Notes: generated by a model not told the origin, from the sequence alone. Positions 35,825 through 46,541 are shown, numbered from the stretch's first letter. The stretch is DNA of 64,000 nucleotides from SAR86 cluster bacterium AG-422-P06 (GCA_003213455.1 QCMX01000001.1:1667-65666), one strand, 5' to 3'. Numbers and translations are program-made.

Positions 35825-36418
35825 ATGAAAAATCTATCCTATGGGCTAGCAGGTTTCTTGTTCGTCATGGGATTATATTTTTTGTTTAATACATTCATAA
35901 GGGAAGAAGCAATGCCAAAAGTAAAATTAACTACATCCTATGGGGATATCGTACTTGAGTTAGATCAAGAAAATGCACCAATCTCAACTGAAAACTTTGT
36001 TCAGTACGTTGAAAGTGGTTTTTATGATGAAACAATTTTTCACAGAGTCATAAATGGATTCATGATCCAGGGTGGAGGCCATCTTGAAGACATGACACCC
36101 AAAGATGATAAATTAGAACCAATTATGAATGAAGCCAACAATGGTTTAAGAAATGATAGAGGTACAATTGCTATGGCTCGTACTGCTTATCCACATTCAG
36201 CTTCATCTCAGTTCTTTATTAATCATGCAGATAATGCCTTTTTAAATTTTAGAACCAATCAAGTTGAAGAAGGTTGGGGTTATGCCGTTTTTGGTAAAGT
36301 AACAGAAGGTCTTGATGTAGTTGATAAAATTGCAGAAGTGCAAACAACTTCAGTTCAAGGCTACCAAGATGTTCCAGCTGAGACTATTAAGATTATAAAA
36401 GCAGAAGTCGTAGATTAA
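35825..36418 (+). CDS. Cyclophilin-type peptidyl-prolyl isomerase with N-terminal membrane anchor
   Basis: 197 aa from the ATG at 35825. FHRVINGFMIQGGG, GTIAMAR and QFFINH motifs. The longer track ORF (35723) would overlap the upstream gene by 80 nt. Confidence 0.9.
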   Translation: MKNLSYGLAGFLFVMGLYFLFNTFIREEAMPKVKLTTSYGDIVLELDQENAPISTENFVQYVESGFYDETIFHRVINGFMIQGGGHLEDMTPKDDKLEPIMNEANNGLRNDRGTIAMARTAYPHSASSQFFINHADNAFLNFRTNQVEEGWGYAVFGKVTEGLDVVDKIAEVQTTSVQGYQDVPAETIKIIKAEVVD

Positions 36419-37530
36419 TTTAAGCTGATAGCTTTTTCGATTTCTTCTTGGGTCTCGTATGGTTTAGACATATCGGCCCAATCAATATTGAAATTGTCTT
36501 CAAGCTCAGCGTAACTTAGTACTCCAAGCTTTTCGTATTGTGGTTTTACCTTATCTGTAAGTAAACCTATTCTTTTTAAGTTTGGCACAATCTTGGTAAA
36601 GAGTAATACTCTAAAATTTTGACCTTGAGCTGTATTGGCAGCAATCTCTTGTGCTTCTTCAGTTGTGTAATCTAAGAAACGTGAGATTACCTCCCCAGAA
36701 ATCAATCTGTTACGCATAACAACACATGCCTCAAAGGCAAATTGTGCTCTATCTTCAATTTCACTTTTTGAAAGTGTCTTCAAGTAGTCTTCAAGGTAAT
36801 TAACACCAAAAGTTACATGTCTTGCTTCATCTCTTATAACGTAATGTAACAATTGCTTGAGCAACCCATCATTTAGAATGAATTTCATATTATTGAAAGC
36901 CGCAAGAGCTAAACCTTCAATGATGATTTGCATGCCTATGAATTTAAGGTCCCACCTTTCATCTGTAAGTATTTTATCCATTAACGATTTCAGGCCTGTG
37001 GTAGCAGGATATTGGAAACCAATTTTTTCCTTTAAATATCTATTAAAACCTTCAACATGACGAGCTTCATCAAAAGTTTGTGATGCTGCATACATTTTTG
37101 CATTGAAAGTTGGAGCGCAAGAAACTAGTTGAGACGCTACAAGAAGTGCACCTTGTTCCCCATGCAAGAACTGACTTAAATTCCAAGATACTTGATGCCT
37201 ATCCATTTGCAATCTGTCTTTGAGAGATAACTCATCAAGACCAACCAGCTCTTCTGGCAATAGTCTAAATTCTTGGTTTACTAAGAATTCATCTTTTGGA
37301 TGTGTTTGCGACCAATCTAAGTCATCAGAGACATTCCAATTGAGCCTTTTACCTAACTCATAAAGTTTCTTGATTCTATCGTCGACAACTGTGTAGTCCC
37401 AATTATATGAGCCTGTTAATGGAGTCTTAAATATCTCATTGACACACTCAATTGCATCTTGTTCTTTTGGGTCAATCTCAGGATATTCTGTGATCTCTTG
37501 AGGCTGATTATCTACTATTTTGCTTTTCAT
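36415..37530 (-). CDS. Ferritin-like di-iron oxygenase (AurF/R2-like), function unknown
   Basis: 371 aa. It has two E...DEARH-type ligand motifs, FDEARHVEGF and IRDEARHVTFG, with intervening EGLALAAF. Confidence 0.6.
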   Translation of the reverse strand: MKSKIVDNQPQEITEYPEIDPKEQDAIECVNEIFKTPLTGSYNWDYTVVDDRIKKLYELGKRLNWNVSDDLDWSQTHPKDEFLVNQEFRLLPEELVGLDELSLKDRLQMDRHQVSWNLSQFLHGEQGALLVASQLVSCAPTFNAKMYAASQTFDEARHVEGFNRYLKEKIGFQYPATTGLKSLMDKILTDERWDLKFIGMQIIIEGLALAAFNNMKFILNDGLLKQLLHYVIRDEARHVTFGVNYLEDYLKTLSKSEIEDRAQFAFEACVVMRNRLISGEVISRFLDYTTEEAQEIAANTAQGQNFRVLLFTKIVPNLKRIGLLTDKVKPQYEKLGVLSYAELEDNFNIDWADMSKPYETQEEIEKAISLN

Positions 37531-37582
37531 GTTCTTTTAACAGATAGTGGTTTAATATAACAAAAAATTAAAGAGGCATAAA

Positions 37583-38335
37583 ATGGGAAATAGATTAGAA
37601 AATAAAGTAGCACTAATTACAGGTGGTGCAGCAGGTTTTGGCAAAGGCACAGCTGCTGTACTGGCACGAGAGGGTGCCAAAGTCTATATCACAGACATAA
37701 ACAAAGCAGGCGGAGAGAAAGTTGCCGCAGAGCTTGGTATAAATTTTCTTGAGCATGATGTTACTGATGCTGATAGATGGCAAGAGATTATTGAAGAGAT
37801 TAAAACCCAAGAAAATCAGCTTAATGTTTTAGTAAATAACGCTGGTATAGGTTATATGGGTGATGTTGAAGGCACTACTAATGAAGCATGGGATATGGTG
37901 CATAAAGTGGATCTAGATTCTGTTTTTTATGGCTGTAAATATGCTTTACCCTTAATGAGGGACTCAGGAAATGGCTCCATTATTAATATTTCATCAATTT
38001 CAGGTATTGTGGCAGGACACAACTTTACCGCATATAACAGTGCAAAAGCAGCAGTTAGGCATTTATCAAAATCAGTTGCCTTGCATTGTGCAAGAACAAC
38101 AAAACTAGTTAGGTGTAATAGTTTGCATCCAGTCTTTGCGCGAACAGAAATCTTAGAAGCTCTATTAAAAGATACTTCGAATGACATGTTGAGCAAGCTT
38201 GAAAAACAAATACCCGTTAGAAAACTTGCGGAAGTAGAAGATATTGCCAATGCCATACTATTCTTAGCATCAGATGAATCAAAGATGATAACTGGTACTG
38301 AAATTGTTATAGATGGAGGTTTGTCAGCGCAATAA
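37583..38335 (+). CDS. Short-chain dehydrogenase/reductase
   Basis: 250 aa. TGGAAGFGKG, NNAG and YNSAKAA catalytic motifs. Confidence 0.85.
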   Translation: MGNRLENKVALITGGAAGFGKGTAAVLAREGAKVYITDINKAGGEKVAAELGINFLEHDVTDADRWQEIIEEIKTQENQLNVLVNNAGIGYMGDVEGTTNEAWDMVHKVDLDSVFYGCKYALPLMRDSGNGSIINISSISGIVAGHNFTAYNSAKAAVRHLSKSVALHCARTTKLVRCNSLHPVFARTEILEALLKDTSNDMLSKLEKQIPVRKLAEVEDIANAILFLASDESKMITGTEIVIDGGLSAQ

Positions 38336-39201
38336 TGATTGATGCATTTCAGACTACCTTAGAAAAGTTCGAGCTAGAGCAACTAGATACATATCTTTTT
38401 AGATACAGTGGAAAAAATGCTGGTATTCAAAGAATTTATGGCGGACAAGTAATCTCTCAAGCTTATCTAGCAGCAAATTTAACTATTGAAGAAGATAAGC
38501 ACTTACACTCATTGCATGCTTACTTTCTGAGACCTGGCATAAAGAAGCAGCCAGTCCTATATAGTGTTGACCCAATTAGAAATGGCATGAGTTTCTCAAC
38601 AAGAACAGTCAAAGCCATTCAAAACAATGAAACAATTTTTAGTATGAGTTTATCTTTTCAGAAAGATGAAGAAGGACTTTCACACAGCATAGAAATGCCT
38701 GATGTACCGCCTCCTGAAGACCTCAAAGATGAAATTGAATTGAGACAAGATAACATCGATCTAGTGCCAGAAGAGATGAGAGAGTATTTTACTCGTGAAA
38801 GAGAATGCACGGTAAAGCCAGTTGAATGGCAAGATGTATTTAACCCAAAAAAATTATCTCCAAGAAGAAGCATGTGGATGAAACCGACTGGCAAATTGCC
38901 AAAAAATAGAGAAATTCAAAATGCATTTTTAGCGTATATCTCTGATGCTGGCATCTTGGCTGCTGCGCTTTTTCCTCATGGTATCACTTACATGTCTCCC
39001 AAAATAATGATTGCAAGTCTCGATCATACAATGTGGTTTCACAAACCTGATTTTGAATTTAATGATTGGGTTTTATATACAATGGACAGCCCATATTCAG
39101 GTAATTCAAGAGGCTTAGGCAGAGGAACTTTTTTTACAAGAGATGGTGAAGTTATAGCTTCAGTTGCTCAAGAAGGGCTCTTAAGAACTAAGACTAGATA
39201 A
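38335..39201 (+). CDS. tesB: Acyl-CoA thioesterase II
   Basis: 288 aa. A double hot-dog with YGGQVISQAYLAA and HSLHAYFLRPG. Its ATG overlaps the SDR stop. Confidence 0.85.
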   Translation: MIDAFQTTLEKFELEQLDTYLFRYSGKNAGIQRIYGGQVISQAYLAANLTIEEDKHLHSLHAYFLRPGIKKQPVLYSVDPIRNGMSFSTRTVKAIQNNETIFSMSLSFQKDEEGLSHSIEMPDVPPPEDLKDEIELRQDNIDLVPEEMREYFTRERECTVKPVEWQDVFNPKKLSPRRSMWMKPTGKLPKNREIQNAFLAYISDAGILAAALFPHGITYMSPKIMIASLDHTMWFHKPDFEFNDWVLYTMDSPYSGNSRGLGRGTFFTRDGEVIASVAQEGLLRTKTR

Positions 39202-40194
39202 CTTTTCTAAGAAAATACCAACTTTATCAGGGTCAATATCCGGTGTAATACCACTACCCAAGTTAAAAATATAATTATTTTTATTTTTATACTTTTCAAA
39301 GACCATCTCTGCTAGGTTTTCAAGCTCATCAGTATCAGAATGAAATTTACTCGGATCAAAATTGCCTTGAATAGCTATTGATTTATCAATGTGGTGATCA
39401 ATATTATCTGAAATATCTAAGTTAAAGCAGTTAATGGAAGTTGATTCAATTATTGAATCAATTGTTTTGCCTCTTGTGTAAAGAATAATAGGTATATTTG
39501 ACGGAATATTTTTAGCTAATTCATTAATGTACATTAATGAGAACTCTTCATAGTCTTTATCTAACATGCCACCCCAAGAATCAAAAATTTGTATGCAATC
39601 AGCACCTGAGTGTATTTGTGCATGTACATAATCATGCATGACTTCAGTCATAGCTTTTAGATATGAATGTGTCTTACTTGAGTTAAGTTTTAAATAATCA
39701 TGTATTTCATGTCTATTTTTTGGTGATTCTCCATAAAAAAGGTATACAAATAAGGTCCATGGAGACCCTGTGAAGCCAATCAGAGGGACATTGATATCAG
39801 CTTTAATTAATCTTGTTGCCTCAAATACATAATCTAGTTTTTTTATAGCATCTTTTGATTTCAGTTCTATGCTTGAGTTTTTAATAATTGAATCAGAAAA
39901 AATAGGTCCCTTACCTTTAATAAATTTAACTGGGACACCCATTGCATCTGGGATAGTCAAAATATCAGTAAAGGTAATTGCTGCATCAAGCGGATATCTT
40001 CTCAATGGTTGTAAGGTTAGTTCTTTGCAAATTGCTGGCTGCCTAATCATGTCAAAGAAGTCAGAGTATTCAGATCTTATTTTCATGTATTCAGGCAAAT
40101 ATCTTCCAGCTTGTCTTAATAACCAAACAGGAATATTTTCTTGAGTATTTTTTCTATTTAAAGCATTTAAAAAAATACTATTTTTTGAAGTCAT
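39181..40194 (-). CDS. hemE: Uroporphyrinogen decarboxylase
   Basis: 337 aa. PVWLLRQAGRYLPEY signature. Confidence 0.9.
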   Translation of the reverse strand: MTSKNSIFLNALNRKNTQENIPVWLLRQAGRYLPEYMKIRSEYSDFFDMIRQPAICKELTLQPLRRYPLDAAITFTDILTIPDAMGVPVKFIKGKGPIFSDSIIKNSSIELKSKDAIKKLDYVFEATRLIKADINVPLIGFTGSPWTLFVYLFYGESPKNRHEIHDYLKLNSSKTHSYLKAMTEVMHDYVHAQIHSGADCIQIFDSWGGMLDKDYEEFSLMYINELAKNIPSNIPIILYTRGKTIDSIIESTSINCFNLDISDNIDHHIDKSIAIQGNFDPSKFHSDTDELENLAEMVFEKYKNKNNYIFNLGSGITPDIDPDKVGIFLEKLSSLSS

Positions 40195-41272
40195 TGATAA
40201 ATTCTTTTATATAGTGCTTTAATGTTTCACTAGATTGTTCTTCGTAGATAAATGGCTCACCAATTTCTCGCAGTAATACCAAGTTTATTGTCTTGGTATT
40301 CTTCTTATCGCTTTTCATTGCTTCAAAAATTAGCTCAGCATCTAAATCGATATTGGTAAAATTATAATTAAAATGGCTTATTACTTCTTTTGCTAACTCA
40401 TATGAACTTTTTTGCAGAAAACCTAGTTCTTTCGAATACTTAAGAGCCATAAGCATTCCTATTATTACTGCATGGCCATGGAAAATTGGACTTTTATAAT
40501 TAGCAGACTCTATTCCATGAGCAAAAGTATGGCCAAAGTTTAAGTATTTCCTTGCTCCTTTTTCTTTGAAATCAGAAGCAACTATTTGAGCTTTTATTTG
40601 TACGGATTCTTCTATGCATTTAAGCAATGTATCTGAATCTTTAGCCAAGATCTCTTGAGATGTTTTTTTAATTTTCTCTAATGATTCTTTAGAGGTAATG
40701 AGGCTATGTTTGATTACTTCTGAAAAACCATTAAGAAATTCTTGCTCGTTTAGGGACTGTAAGAAATCTGCACAAATAAAAACTTGAACTGGATTATAAA
40801 AAGAACCAACGAAATTCTTAATTTGACCAAAATTGATTCCTGTCTTGCCGCCAATTGATGCATCTACTTGTGCAAGCAATGACGTAGGTATCTGTAAATA
40901 CTTTATGCCTCTCATATATGAAGATGCAATAAAACCAGTTAGGTCGGTTATTGCACCACCACCAAAACCAATTAAGCAATCTTGTCTATTCATGCCATTT
41001 TTTTGCATGAAAGCTATTGCCTCTGAATAAGTTTCAAGATTTTTTTGTTTTTCTGCTTCTTCAACCTCAAAAATAAAACAACCTTTCTTAAGCAGCCCAT
41101 TTTTGAAATCTTGATGCATGTCTAACACTTTGGCATCTGCAATAACACAGTATTTCACATTATCTGATAGTGAATCTATAACTTTAGATGCCTTATTGAA
41201 GTAGCTAAGTTTTACAGAAATTTCCTCTGCCTTAAAAATTAAATCTTTCATCACTAATAATCTCTTTTGCAA
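40178..41272 (-). CDS. aroB: 3-dehydroquinate synthase
   Basis: 364 aa. GGGAITDLTGF and the GHTFAHGIE metal site. An alternative ATG at 41251 would shorten the overlap with aroK. Confidence 0.9.
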   Translation of the reverse strand: MQKRLLVMKDLIFKAEEISVKLSYFNKASKVIDSLSDNVKYCVIADAKVLDMHQDFKNGLLKKGCFIFEVEEAEKQKNLETYSEAIAFMQKNGMNRQDCLIGFGGGAITDLTGFIASSYMRGIKYLQIPTSLLAQVDASIGGKTGINFGQIKNFVGSFYNPVQVFICADFLQSLNEQEFLNGFSEVIKHSLITSKESLEKIKKTSQEILAKDSDTLLKCIEESVQIKAQIVASDFKEKGARKYLNFGHTFAHGIESANYKSPIFHGHAVIIGMLMALKYSKELGFLQKSSYELAKEVISHFNYNFTNIDLDAELIFEAMKSDKKNTKTINLVLLREIGEPFIYEEQSSETLKHYIKEFINDFKK

Positions 41273-41738
41273 TCTCTTCTATAGTTTTGTTGTCTGTTAT
41301 GACCGATAGAGTTGCACATTCATTATAATGGTTCTTTCTATCTTGATAGATTTTGGTAAATTCACTTTGAGAGATGTCTTTAAGAAGTGGTCTTTGGTCC
41401 CTTTTCTTAGTTGCTCTTTTATAAAGCTCTTCTACTGAGCCATCTAGAAAACAAACTCTTTCATTCTTTAAAAATTCTCTATTTTCAGAATGAATCAAAA
41501 TACCACCACCAGTAGCTATTATATTGTTCTCAATTTTTTTAGTCTGAATTAACAGCTCAGACTCCACTTCTCTGAACTTCGATTCACCATAAGTTTGAAA
41601 GATATCTTTAATACTTAAGTTGAACCTCTTTTCAATACCTCTATCTAAATCATAGAATGTACTATTAAGGTATTTTGATAATAACTGACCGACTGAAGAT
41701 TTGCCGGAACCCATCATGCCTGTTAAAAAAATATTCAT
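41232..41738 (-). CDS. aroK: Shikimate kinase
   Basis: 168 aa. GMMGSGKSSVG P-loop and IATGGG. Confidence 0.9.
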   Translation of the reverse strand: MNIFLTGMMGSGKSSVGQLLSKYLNSTFYDLDRGIEKRFNLSIKDIFQTYGESKFREVESELLIQTKKIENNIIATGGGILIHSENREFLKNERVCFLDGSVEELYKRATKKRDQRPLLKDISQSEFTKIYQDRKNHYNECATLSVITDNKTIEEIAKEIISDERFNF

Positions 41739-41774
41739 AAAAAAAAAGTGAATGGGAATAATAATATATAAATC

Positions 41775-44237
41775 ATGCCAATTCTAAGGATATCTCTAGT
41801 TTTATTGCAGTTCATCTTCATGATGACAGGCTTGATTTACCTGATATTTTCAAAGGATTTACCAAAGATAGAAACTATTACTGAAATTAAATTAACCAAC
41901 CCTATGCGTATTTATTCAGAAGACAATCAACTAATAGGTTTGTTTGGCACAGAAAAAAGGCAAATAGTTAATTTTGAAGAAATTCCTGAGAACTTAAAAA
42001 ATGCAATTATTGCAGCAGAAGATGGAGACTTCTTTGATCATTCTGGTGTTGAAATTACAAGTCTGCTTAGGGCGGTATATGGTGAAGTTTCAGGAAGATC
42101 TCTCGGTGGCGGAGGAACCATAACTATGCAGGTGGTTAGAAATTATGTTTTATCTTTTGAGAGAACTTATGAGAGAAAACTTAAAGAAATAATTCTTGCT
42201 TGGAAATTAGAGGATTATCTAAATAAAGAGGAAATTTTTGAGCTTTACTTTAATAAAGCATTTCTAGGTAACAGAAATTATGGATTTGCTGCAGCCTACC
42301 AATACTATTTTGGGAAGGATTTTTCTGAAGCCTCAATTGCAGAATCGGCCTTATTAGCTGGTATTTTGCAAAGACCATCCTCAGTGAACCCGGTTAGGAA
42401 CCCAATAGCATCTAAGAAAAGAAGAGATTTGATTCTTGGTCGAATGCTTGCAAGACAGTTTATAGACAAAGCAGAACTAAGTGCTGCTAAAGAAGAAGTT
42501 GTAACTGGTGAGAGTTTTGGTCCAAAAATAACTGTGGAGGCAGAGTATATAGCTGAAAAGATTCGAGCAGAAATAATTAATACATTTGGTTTAAAGGCAT
42601 ATGAAGAAGGCATGAATGTGTATACGACCATTGATTCAGGCATGCAAGAGAATGCTGTGCGTGCTGTAAGAGATAACTTATATAAATATGATCAAAAGTA
42701 TGGATGGCGTGATGAGCAAGTATTTAAGGACTTTAATTTCTCTATACTAAGAAGCGCTTATCAGAAAGAGGGTCTATTTATTATTTCATCGCAACTTGAT
42801 TATGAGACTACCAAAGAAGAGAACCTAAATAAGATTCAAAACCTACTTGATAATAGGCCAAGAATAGATGGTCATGAAGCTAGTATTGTAATTGCAATAA
42901 GTGATAAAGAAATTCAGACATTAGATGCAAAATTAAACTTTAATACTCTTCAATGGTCTTCTGAAGACTATAGTTGGGCTCGCACTATATCTGCTGATGG
43001 GACAAGATCAGAAAAACCACAATCTTTTCGTGATTTTCTTGAGATTGGGAGCCTTATATACATTGGTGAAAGTTCTGGAAAAAAAGTTTTTTCACAGATT
43101 CCCATTGCAGAAGCATCATTAGTAGCAGTAGATGGCCTAGATGGAAGCTTAAAAGCATATGTTGGAGGTTTTGATTTCAGTAAATCGAAGTTTGATAGAG
43201 CAGCAAATTCAAAGCTCTTGCCTGGATCAAGCATTAAACCTTTTATTTATGCGTGTGCTTTTGAAAATGGTCTTAATCCATCTTCTATTTTCATAGATGG
43301 CCCAATAATATTTGATGACGCTAAGCTTGAAAGCATATGGCGTCCTAGAAATAATTCTGGGGAATTCTATGGCCCAATAAGGTTGCGAGAATCTTTAATA
43401 CAATCACTAAATATTGTTTCAATTAAGCTAGTCCAATCTCTAGGATTACCAAAAACCATAAAATGTTTTCAGAAATACCAATTCGATGATCAAATGTTAA
43501 CCAATGATTTATCAATAGCTTTGGGGACAGGAACACTTAACCCGCTAAAAGCAGCAACTCAATATTCATCAATTATTAATAATGGTAAACATCAAAAAGT
43601 TTCCTATATTGACCGTATAGAAGACATTAATGGCAAGATAATTTTTGATCCTCAAGATAAGTATGCAAAAAAAGTTGAAGACTTCAGTGGAGTAAGTTTC
43701 CCATGGTTAAGTTCTGAGAATTTTGATTATTTAAATACTCCAATGATCGCATTACAAGAAGATAAGAAATTACAGGTGATGGATGAGCGGGTAGCCTTTC
43801 TGTTATCAAATATTTTGCAAGAAGCTTTAAAAAGAAATGCCAACAGAAGAGGTCTTTCAATACCGATAGAGAATATGGGTGGCAAGACTGGTACAACTAA
43901 TGATGCAACTAGCACATGGTTTTCTGGTTTTGCTTCAAATATTGTTGCATCTGCTTGGGTAGGAAAAGATGATGGTACCTCATTGGGTGAAAATGAATTT
44001 GGTAGCACTAATGCTTTACCAATTTGGCTTGATTTTATGACACTATCTAAAAACTCTTTATCAGATTACTCAGTAGATATTCCCGAAGGCATTGCAGCAA
44101 TAAGAATTGACAAAAAGACTGGTAATGTTTCTAAATCTTTTAAAAATAGCTACTTTGAATATTTTCTTGAGGAGAATATTGATGAATTACTAAATGAGGA
44201 AAAGAAAGATTCTGAGCTAAGTGAAATACTTAACTAA
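41775..44237 (+). CDS. mrcA: Penicillin-binding protein 1A (bifunctional glycosyltransferase/transpeptidase)
   Basis: 820 aa. GT51 motifs EDGDFFDH, GGGTITMQ and RKLKE. Transpeptidase motifs SSIKP and KTGTTN. Confidence 0.9.
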   Translation: MPILRISLVLLQFIFMMTGLIYLIFSKDLPKIETITEIKLTNPMRIYSEDNQLIGLFGTEKRQIVNFEEIPENLKNAIIAAEDGDFFDHSGVEITSLLRAVYGEVSGRSLGGGGTITMQVVRNYVLSFERTYERKLKEIILAWKLEDYLNKEEIFELYFNKAFLGNRNYGFAAAYQYYFGKDFSEASIAESALLAGILQRPSSVNPVRNPIASKKRRDLILGRMLARQFIDKAELSAAKEEVVTGESFGPKITVEAEYIAEKIRAEIINTFGLKAYEEGMNVYTTIDSGMQENAVRAVRDNLYKYDQKYGWRDEQVFKDFNFSILRSAYQKEGLFIISSQLDYETTKEENLNKIQNLLDNRPRIDGHEASIVIAISDKEIQTLDAKLNFNTLQWSSEDYSWARTISADGTRSEKPQSFRDFLEIGSLIYIGESSGKKVFSQIPIAEASLVAVDGLDGSLKAYVGGFDFSKSKFDRAANSKLLPGSSIKPFIYACAFENGLNPSSIFIDGPIIFDDAKLESIWRPRNNSGEFYGPIRLRESLIQSLNIVSIKLVQSLGLPKTIKCFQKYQFDDQMLTNDLSIALGTGTLNPLKAATQYSSIINNGKHQKVSYIDRIEDINGKIIFDPQDKYAKKVEDFSGVSFPWLSSENFDYLNTPMIALQEDKKLQVMDERVAFLLSNILQEALKRNANRRGLSIPIENMGGKTGTTNDATSTWFSGFASNIVASAWVGKDDGTSLGENEFGSTNALPIWLDFMTLSKNSLSDYSVDIPEGIAAIRIDKKTGNVSKSFKNSYFEYFLEENIDELLNEEKKDSELSEILN

Positions 44238-45612
44238 AATTTAACTCTAAATCAGGAAAAATTCTTTTGAGATTATCTAAGAATAGGTCTTTAATTCCCT
44301 GAAGCTCTTCTTCGCTTTCAGCTTCAAATCTAAAAACTAGTTTAGGACTAGTATTTGAGGCTCTCACCAAGCCCCAAGCAGAACCAATTGTCACTCTTAC
44401 TCCGTCAATTGTGTTTAGTTCGCTATTTGGAAAAGACATCTCGCTCTTAAACTTTTCTACCATTTTAAATTTTTCATCATCTGTAACTTCAAGGTTTAAC
44501 TCTGGAGTAGAGAATGTTTTAGGAAATCTATTAATTAGTTCAGAAGAAGATGATTCTTCATCAGATATAATTTGGGCCAATACAGCAGCAGTAAATATTG
44601 CATCATCAAAACCATACCATTCATGATTAATGAATATATGTCCTGACATCTCTCCACCTAAAACAGCATTATGTTCTTTTATAGCCTTCTTGATATTAAA
44701 GTGTCCAGTTTTTTCCATAATAGCTTGGCCTCCTAGCTCATTAATTAAAGCAGGAAGTTGGCTTGAGCACTTCACATCAAAGATTATTGGACCAGACCTT
44801 TTCTTGAGATAATGTTGTGTTAATAGCATGATCAAGTGATCTGCAAGTACTGAATCTCCATCGTTGGTAATCATGCCGACTCTATCGCCATCACCATCAA
44901 AGGCAAAACCCAAATCAGCATTATGTTCTTTAACCTTTATTTTAAGTTCTTCTAAATTTTTTTCTTTGCTGGGATCTGGATGGTGGTTTGGGAAATTGCC
45001 GTCAGGTTCTTTGTTAATAGAAATTGTTTTAAAACCAAGCGTATTAAATATTAAATCTGCAATTTCTCCTGCTGCACCATTTCCTGCATCAAGAATCACT
45101 TTAAAATTTTTATTTAGGTTAATTTTTTCTTTAATCTCTTTCAGATAATTAGGAATAATCTCAACTTTTTCAAAGTTTTCAGACACGTCAGGAATTAAAT
45201 CTTGATCAGCTACTTCTTCAAATAATTCTAAACCTGAAACAGCACTATCATTTAAAACAATTTTCAAGCCATTATCATCTTTGGGATTATGACTTCCAGT
45301 AATCATTACACCATTAGGAGTAGAACCAGTCTTTGTTGCGTAATATACCAAAGGAGTAGGAACTAAACCTAAGACTAAAGCTTTAACTCCAGATGCGCTG
45401 AAACCTTTAATAAGCGAATTCTGCAGAGAGGCAGCAGATAATCTTGAGTCGTGGCCAATATAGACAGAATCCTCTCCAGTTTTAAGAATCCTTTGCCCCA
45501 AAACAAAGCCTATTTTTCTTATTGTTTGATCATCAAGATCTGTCAGAGCGTTGCCTCTGATATCGTAGGCTCTAAAAATGTTTTTGTTCATTATGTTTAA
45601 AAAAAGTTTCAA
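44230..45612 (-). CDS. algC: Phosphomannomutase/phosphoglucomutase
   Basis: 460 aa. FRAYDIRG, active-site TGSHNP, FDGDGDR and GEMSGH. An alternative ATG at 45591 (MNKNIF...) is possible. Confidence 0.85.
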   Translation of the reverse strand: MKLFLNIMNKNIFRAYDIRGNALTDLDDQTIRKIGFVLGQRILKTGEDSVYIGHDSRLSAASLQNSLIKGFSASGVKALVLGLVPTPLVYYATKTGSTPNGVMITGSHNPKDDNGLKIVLNDSAVSGLELFEEVADQDLIPDVSENFEKVEIIPNYLKEIKEKINLNKNFKVILDAGNGAAGEIADLIFNTLGFKTISINKEPDGNFPNHHPDPSKEKNLEELKIKVKEHNADLGFAFDGDGDRVGMITNDGDSVLADHLIMLLTQHYLKKRSGPIIFDVKCSSQLPALINELGGQAIMEKTGHFNIKKAIKEHNAVLGGEMSGHIFINHEWYGFDDAIFTAAVLAQIISDEESSSSELINRFPKTFSTPELNLEVTDDEKFKMVEKFKSEMSFPNSELNTIDGVRVTIGSAWGLVRASNTSPKLVFRFEAESEEELQGIKDLFLDNLKRIFPDLELNFS

Positions 45613-45629
45613 ACAATTATACTACCCCT

Positions 45630-46541
45630 ATGTCAAATACTTACTGGTTAAACGGAAAATATATTCAAAAAGAAGATGCTTATGTAAGCCCTCTTACCCA
45701 TACATTGCATTATGGTCTCGGAGCTTTCGAAGGGGTGAGATCTTATGCTTCACAAGACGGTGAGTCTGTAAGCATTTTTAGACTAAAGGAGCATACTGAG
45801 AGGCTTTTTGAATCTGCAAAAATTATCAACGTGGCTATAAACCATTCAATGGAAGAAGTTATGGAAGCACAGTTGGGGGTTATAGAAAAATCAGGACTCA
45901 AAGATGCATATATAAGACCATTAATTTATTTAAACGATGAAAGATTGGGGCTAGACATTGACGATATGAAATCACATCTAATGATTTCATGTTGGGACTG
46001 GCCATCATATTTTGGAGCAGAAGCCCTAGAATCTGGAATTGATGTCATGGTTTCTTCATTTACTCGACAATTTCCAAATAGCTTGATGACAAAAGGTAAA
46101 ATCTCAGGCGGTTATGTCAATGGGGTTATGGCACATGATCAGGCTAAAAGAAATGGATATCAAGAAGCCATATTATTGGATACAAATGGTTTTGTAGCAG
46201 AGGGCAGTGGTCAGAATATCTTCTTAATTAAAAATGGTAAGGTGATGACTCCAGAACTAACTTGTTGTCTTAATGGGATTACTCGAAGATCTGTCATAAA
46301 AATAGCACAAGATCTTGGGTTAGAAGTCCTTGAAAGACATATAACAAGAGATGAACTATATACTGCTGATGAAGTTTTCTTTTGTGGTACAGCCGTTGAA
46401 ATCACCCCTATAAGAGCTATAGATAAAATCAAAGTTGGCATAGGTAAAAGAGGTGAAATAACTACACAAATTCAACAAAACTACCTTGATGCTGTTAGAG
46501 GAAAATCTGAAAAATACTCAGATTGGCTTTCTAAAGTTTAA
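45630..46541 (+). CDS. ilvE: Branched-chain amino acid aminotransferase (class IV)
   Basis: 303 aa. HYGLGAFEGVR, and EGSGQNIF followed by GITR. Confidence 0.9.
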   Translation: MSNTYWLNGKYIQKEDAYVSPLTHTLHYGLGAFEGVRSYASQDGESVSIFRLKEHTERLFESAKIINVAINHSMEEVMEAQLGVIEKSGLKDAYIRPLIYLNDERLGLDIDDMKSHLMISCWDWPSYFGAEALESGIDVMVSSFTRQFPNSLMTKGKISGGYVNGVMAHDQAKRNGYQEAILLDTNGFVAEGSGQNIFLIKNGKVMTPELTCCLNGITRRSVIKIAQDLGLEVLERHITRDELYTADEVFFCGTAVEITPIRAIDKIKVGIGKRGEITTQIQQNYLDAVRGKSEKYSDWLSKV

